In this document: positions 63,842 through 64,000 of the stretch, one piece after another
Layout: each line of letters starts with the position of its first letter
Numbering within the stretch: position 1 is the stretch's first letter
IMG/VR virus record: IMGVR_UViG_3300011116_001007
Strand: one strand, 5' to 3'
DNA length: 64,000 nucleotides
DNA from: a virus
Taxonomy: Duplodnaviria > Caudoviricetes
Made by a program: the position numbers and the translations under genes
Notes under the pieces: generated by a model
The model's database searches: none
The model's input: the letters and a program-made list of their open reading frames with translations, nothing else
What the model was told of the DNA's origin: nothing

Positions 63842-64000
63842 GCGATGTTACTTAATTCAATCAGTGTGGCCGATAAATTGATTTCGGCATCTGCCACAGC
63901 ATTGTGTTTGACCAGGCCGTCACGGATGATCACTATGGCTTGATCTTGCTTTTCGACAGTATTGCCCCACAATTCAAGATTGTCGTACATCCAACGAAAT
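63838..64000 (-). CDS. Clamp-loader (gp44/RFC-like) subunit, C-terminal fragment
   Basis: Manual translation FRWMYDNLELWG..AIVIIRDGLVKHNAVADAEINLSATLIEL; this C-terminus resembles clamp loaders. Confidence 0.65.
   Translation of the reverse strand, partial: FRWMYDNLELWGNTVEKQDQAIVIIRDGLVKHNAVADAEINLSATLIELSNIA

Noticed and set aside
1-64000. Many short opposite-strand or nested ORFs in the track (e.g. 115-312, 1247-1762, 19294-20274, 35296-35889, 39772-40284)
   Set aside because: They are antisense shadows of well-supported genes, with no motifs or SD
1-64000. tRNA, rRNA, CRISPR array, group I intron, intein, stop-codon reassignment
   Set aside because: No cloverleaf or T-loop, no regularly spaced repeats, polymerase motifs are contiguous, and genes end at normal stops with tight coupling

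Overview
This window is a 64-kb, densely coding, mostly minus-strand segment of a large T4-like lytic myophage genome. Core genes include family-B DNA polymerase, a gp45-like sliding clamp, the clamp-loader C-terminus, a DsbA-like protein and PhoH. There are T4-type TAAATA late promoters and sigma70 promoters. A spanin/GH19/holin lysis cassette implies a Gram-negative host, and a Bug/TctC gene hints at Betaproteobacteria (inference). Region 1-16 kb is a 7-deazaguanine DNA-modification locus (queE, queD, folE, TGT-like dpdA, a second DpdL-like T-fold gene). It is interleaved with three glycosyltransferases, GalE, a short DegT, a B12 radical SAM enzyme and a methyltransferase, and has a riboswitch-like leader on queD. 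Region 16-23 kb is replication. Regions 23-46 kb and 57.6-60.9 kb hold late, probably capsid-packaged modular proteins. These share a T4 CTS-like N-terminus (MRAxEFIxE) and a nucleotide-conserved module junction (GTGTGGCGGA, read as G-V-A-E). One is a 1462-aa NTase/zincin/amidoligase polyvalent protein. Also present are a Pho-box-preceded PlcP-like phospholipase with a GT2, ClpA/DnaJ, an APS-kinase/NTase fusion and many glycan-tailoring paralogs. No tRNA, rRNA, CRISPR array or intein was recognised. All calls are motif recognition by eye; no database searches were run.
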